Below, piece by piece: positions 63,131 to 64,000 of a DNA stretch of 64,000 nucleotides (position 1 is the stretch's first letter; each line of letters starts with the position of its first letter). The position numbers and the translations under genes were made by a program. Source of the DNA: Candidatus Limnocylindrales bacterium (GTDB lineage: Bacteria > Chloroflexota > Limnocylindria > Limnocylindrales > CSP1-4); assembly GCA_036556145.1 (NCBI GenBank), contig DATBKB010000095.1, forward strand, positions 809 through 64,808. The letters run 5' to 3'. Under the pieces are notes generated by a model that was given only the letters and a program-made list of their open reading frames with translations, had not been told where the DNA came from and ran no database searches.

Positions 63131-64000
63131 CTCTACCCGATCCTCATCGCGGCCGCGCTCGTCGCCGAGCTGTTCGTCACCTCCGGGGTCAGCCCGGCGG
63201 TCGTCATCCGCAGCCTGGTCGTGGCGCTGGCCTTCGGCGCCCTGCTGAGCGGCGCCGGCCGCGGGCTGCTCGGTGATCGCCACCGCGGCGGGGTCCTCGC
63301 GACGTTCGTCATCATGCTGTTCCTCGTCGGGGCGGACGTTCGCCTCGCCGCCCTCCTCGGCGTTGTGATCGCGCTGCTCTTCGCCGAGCGGTACCTGCTC
63401 CCGCCCGCCCGGCGCGTGCGGTGGGCGATCATCGGCCGGTTCTTCTCGCGGGCGACGGCGATCTTCCTGCTCGCGATCGGCATCCAGGCGGTCCAGGCCG
63501 GGACGCCGGGTGTCATCGTCCGTGCGCTGACCGAGGAGGCGCCGTTCCGGCCCGCGTCGCCTGCCGTCGCGGGCGCGGAGGACCTCCCCGACATCTACCT
63601 GCTCCTCCTCGACGGCCACGCCCGGCCGGACGTCCTGAGCCAGGTCATCGGCCACGACCCGTCCGCGCTCGTCTCGGGGCTCGAGGCCCGCGGCTTCAGC
63701 GTCGCGCGGCAGAGCCGGACGAACTACTCACTGACCGTGCAGGTCCTCGCCTCGATGTTCAACATGCGGCCGCTCCAGGAGATCGACGCGGTCAAGGGCC
63801 TCATCGCCGGCACGGAATCGCGCCCGCCGGGCGCGATCATCCGCAGCGCGATCAACGACGGCCCGGTCCTCGAGCGACTTCGCGACGAGGGCTACCAGCT
63901 GACGGCCCTCGCCTCGAGCTACGAGGAGCCGGCCCTCCGCAGCGTCGACCGCTGGATCGACACCGGCGAGCTCAACGAGTTCGAGGTCAACCTCTTCCGG
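63131..64000 (+). CDS. Membrane protein with C-terminal extracytoplasmic domain, possibly sulfatase/alkaline-phosphatase-superfamily-like; open at window edge
   Basis: Frame open from ~63000 to the window end without a stop (so absent from the ORF track). Three N-terminal TM helices (LYPILIAAALVAELFV..., VLATFVIMLFLVGADVRLAALLGVVIALLF..., AIIGRFFSRATAIFLLAIGI) then a soluble domain with DIYLLLLDGHARPD. Start codon not identified. Confidence 0.4.

Overview
High-GC (~70%+) bacterial chromosomal window. Gene content and order look Actinobacteria/Thermoleophilia-like, e.g. prfA-prmC-tsaC-wecA-atpBEFHAGDC-murA as in mycobacteria. Dense coding on both strands; many long antisense ORFs in the six-frame track are GC-driven artefacts.

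Contents, left to right:
- gyrA (runs off the window edge).
- An AlkD-like HEAT-repeat DNA glycosylase and a hotdog thioesterase, inserted between gyrA and gyrB.
- gyrB, with parB translationally coupled directly upstream, then parA.
- Two perfect parS sites.
- mreD-mrdA(PBP2)-rodA.
- A J-domain protein, an AI-2E/PerM transporter and a DUF2344 protein.
- rplU-rpmA-rpmE, DUF1385 and prfA.
- An amylo-1,6-glucosidase inserted before prmC, then tsaC, a lipoprotein, glyA and wecA.
- A Pro/Thr-repeat membrane protein.
- A complete F1Fo ATP synthase operon (atpZ-like, B, E, F, H, A, G, D, C), then murA and mreB.
- A PHP phosphoesterase, an LPG-synthase-like membrane protein and an XRE regulator.
- A GT-C (PMT_2/ArnT-like) glycosyltransferase, nfo and an ArsR/DUF2087 regulator.

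Most notable: one ~16 kb co-directional minus-strand string of tightly spaced, often overlapping genes (58026 -> 42133). In order it carries two GT-C PMT_2/ArnT-like glycosyltransferases, a DegS/DegU-like two-component system with a second degenerate kinase, four Flp pilin genes, a strong terminator, a ~700 bp non-coding region with two tandem-repeat arrays carrying palindromic operator-like motifs, a monoderm-type Tad pilus machinery (cpaB, cpaE/tadZ, cpaF/tadA, tadB, tadC), DUF192, comFC and hpf.

Divergent from its 5' end is a second glycan-assembly block: three DUF2029/GT87 mannosyltransferase-like membrane proteins, a small membrane ORF, a two-domain SAM methyltransferase and an open-ended membrane protein.

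No rRNA, tRNA or CRISPR array was recognised.
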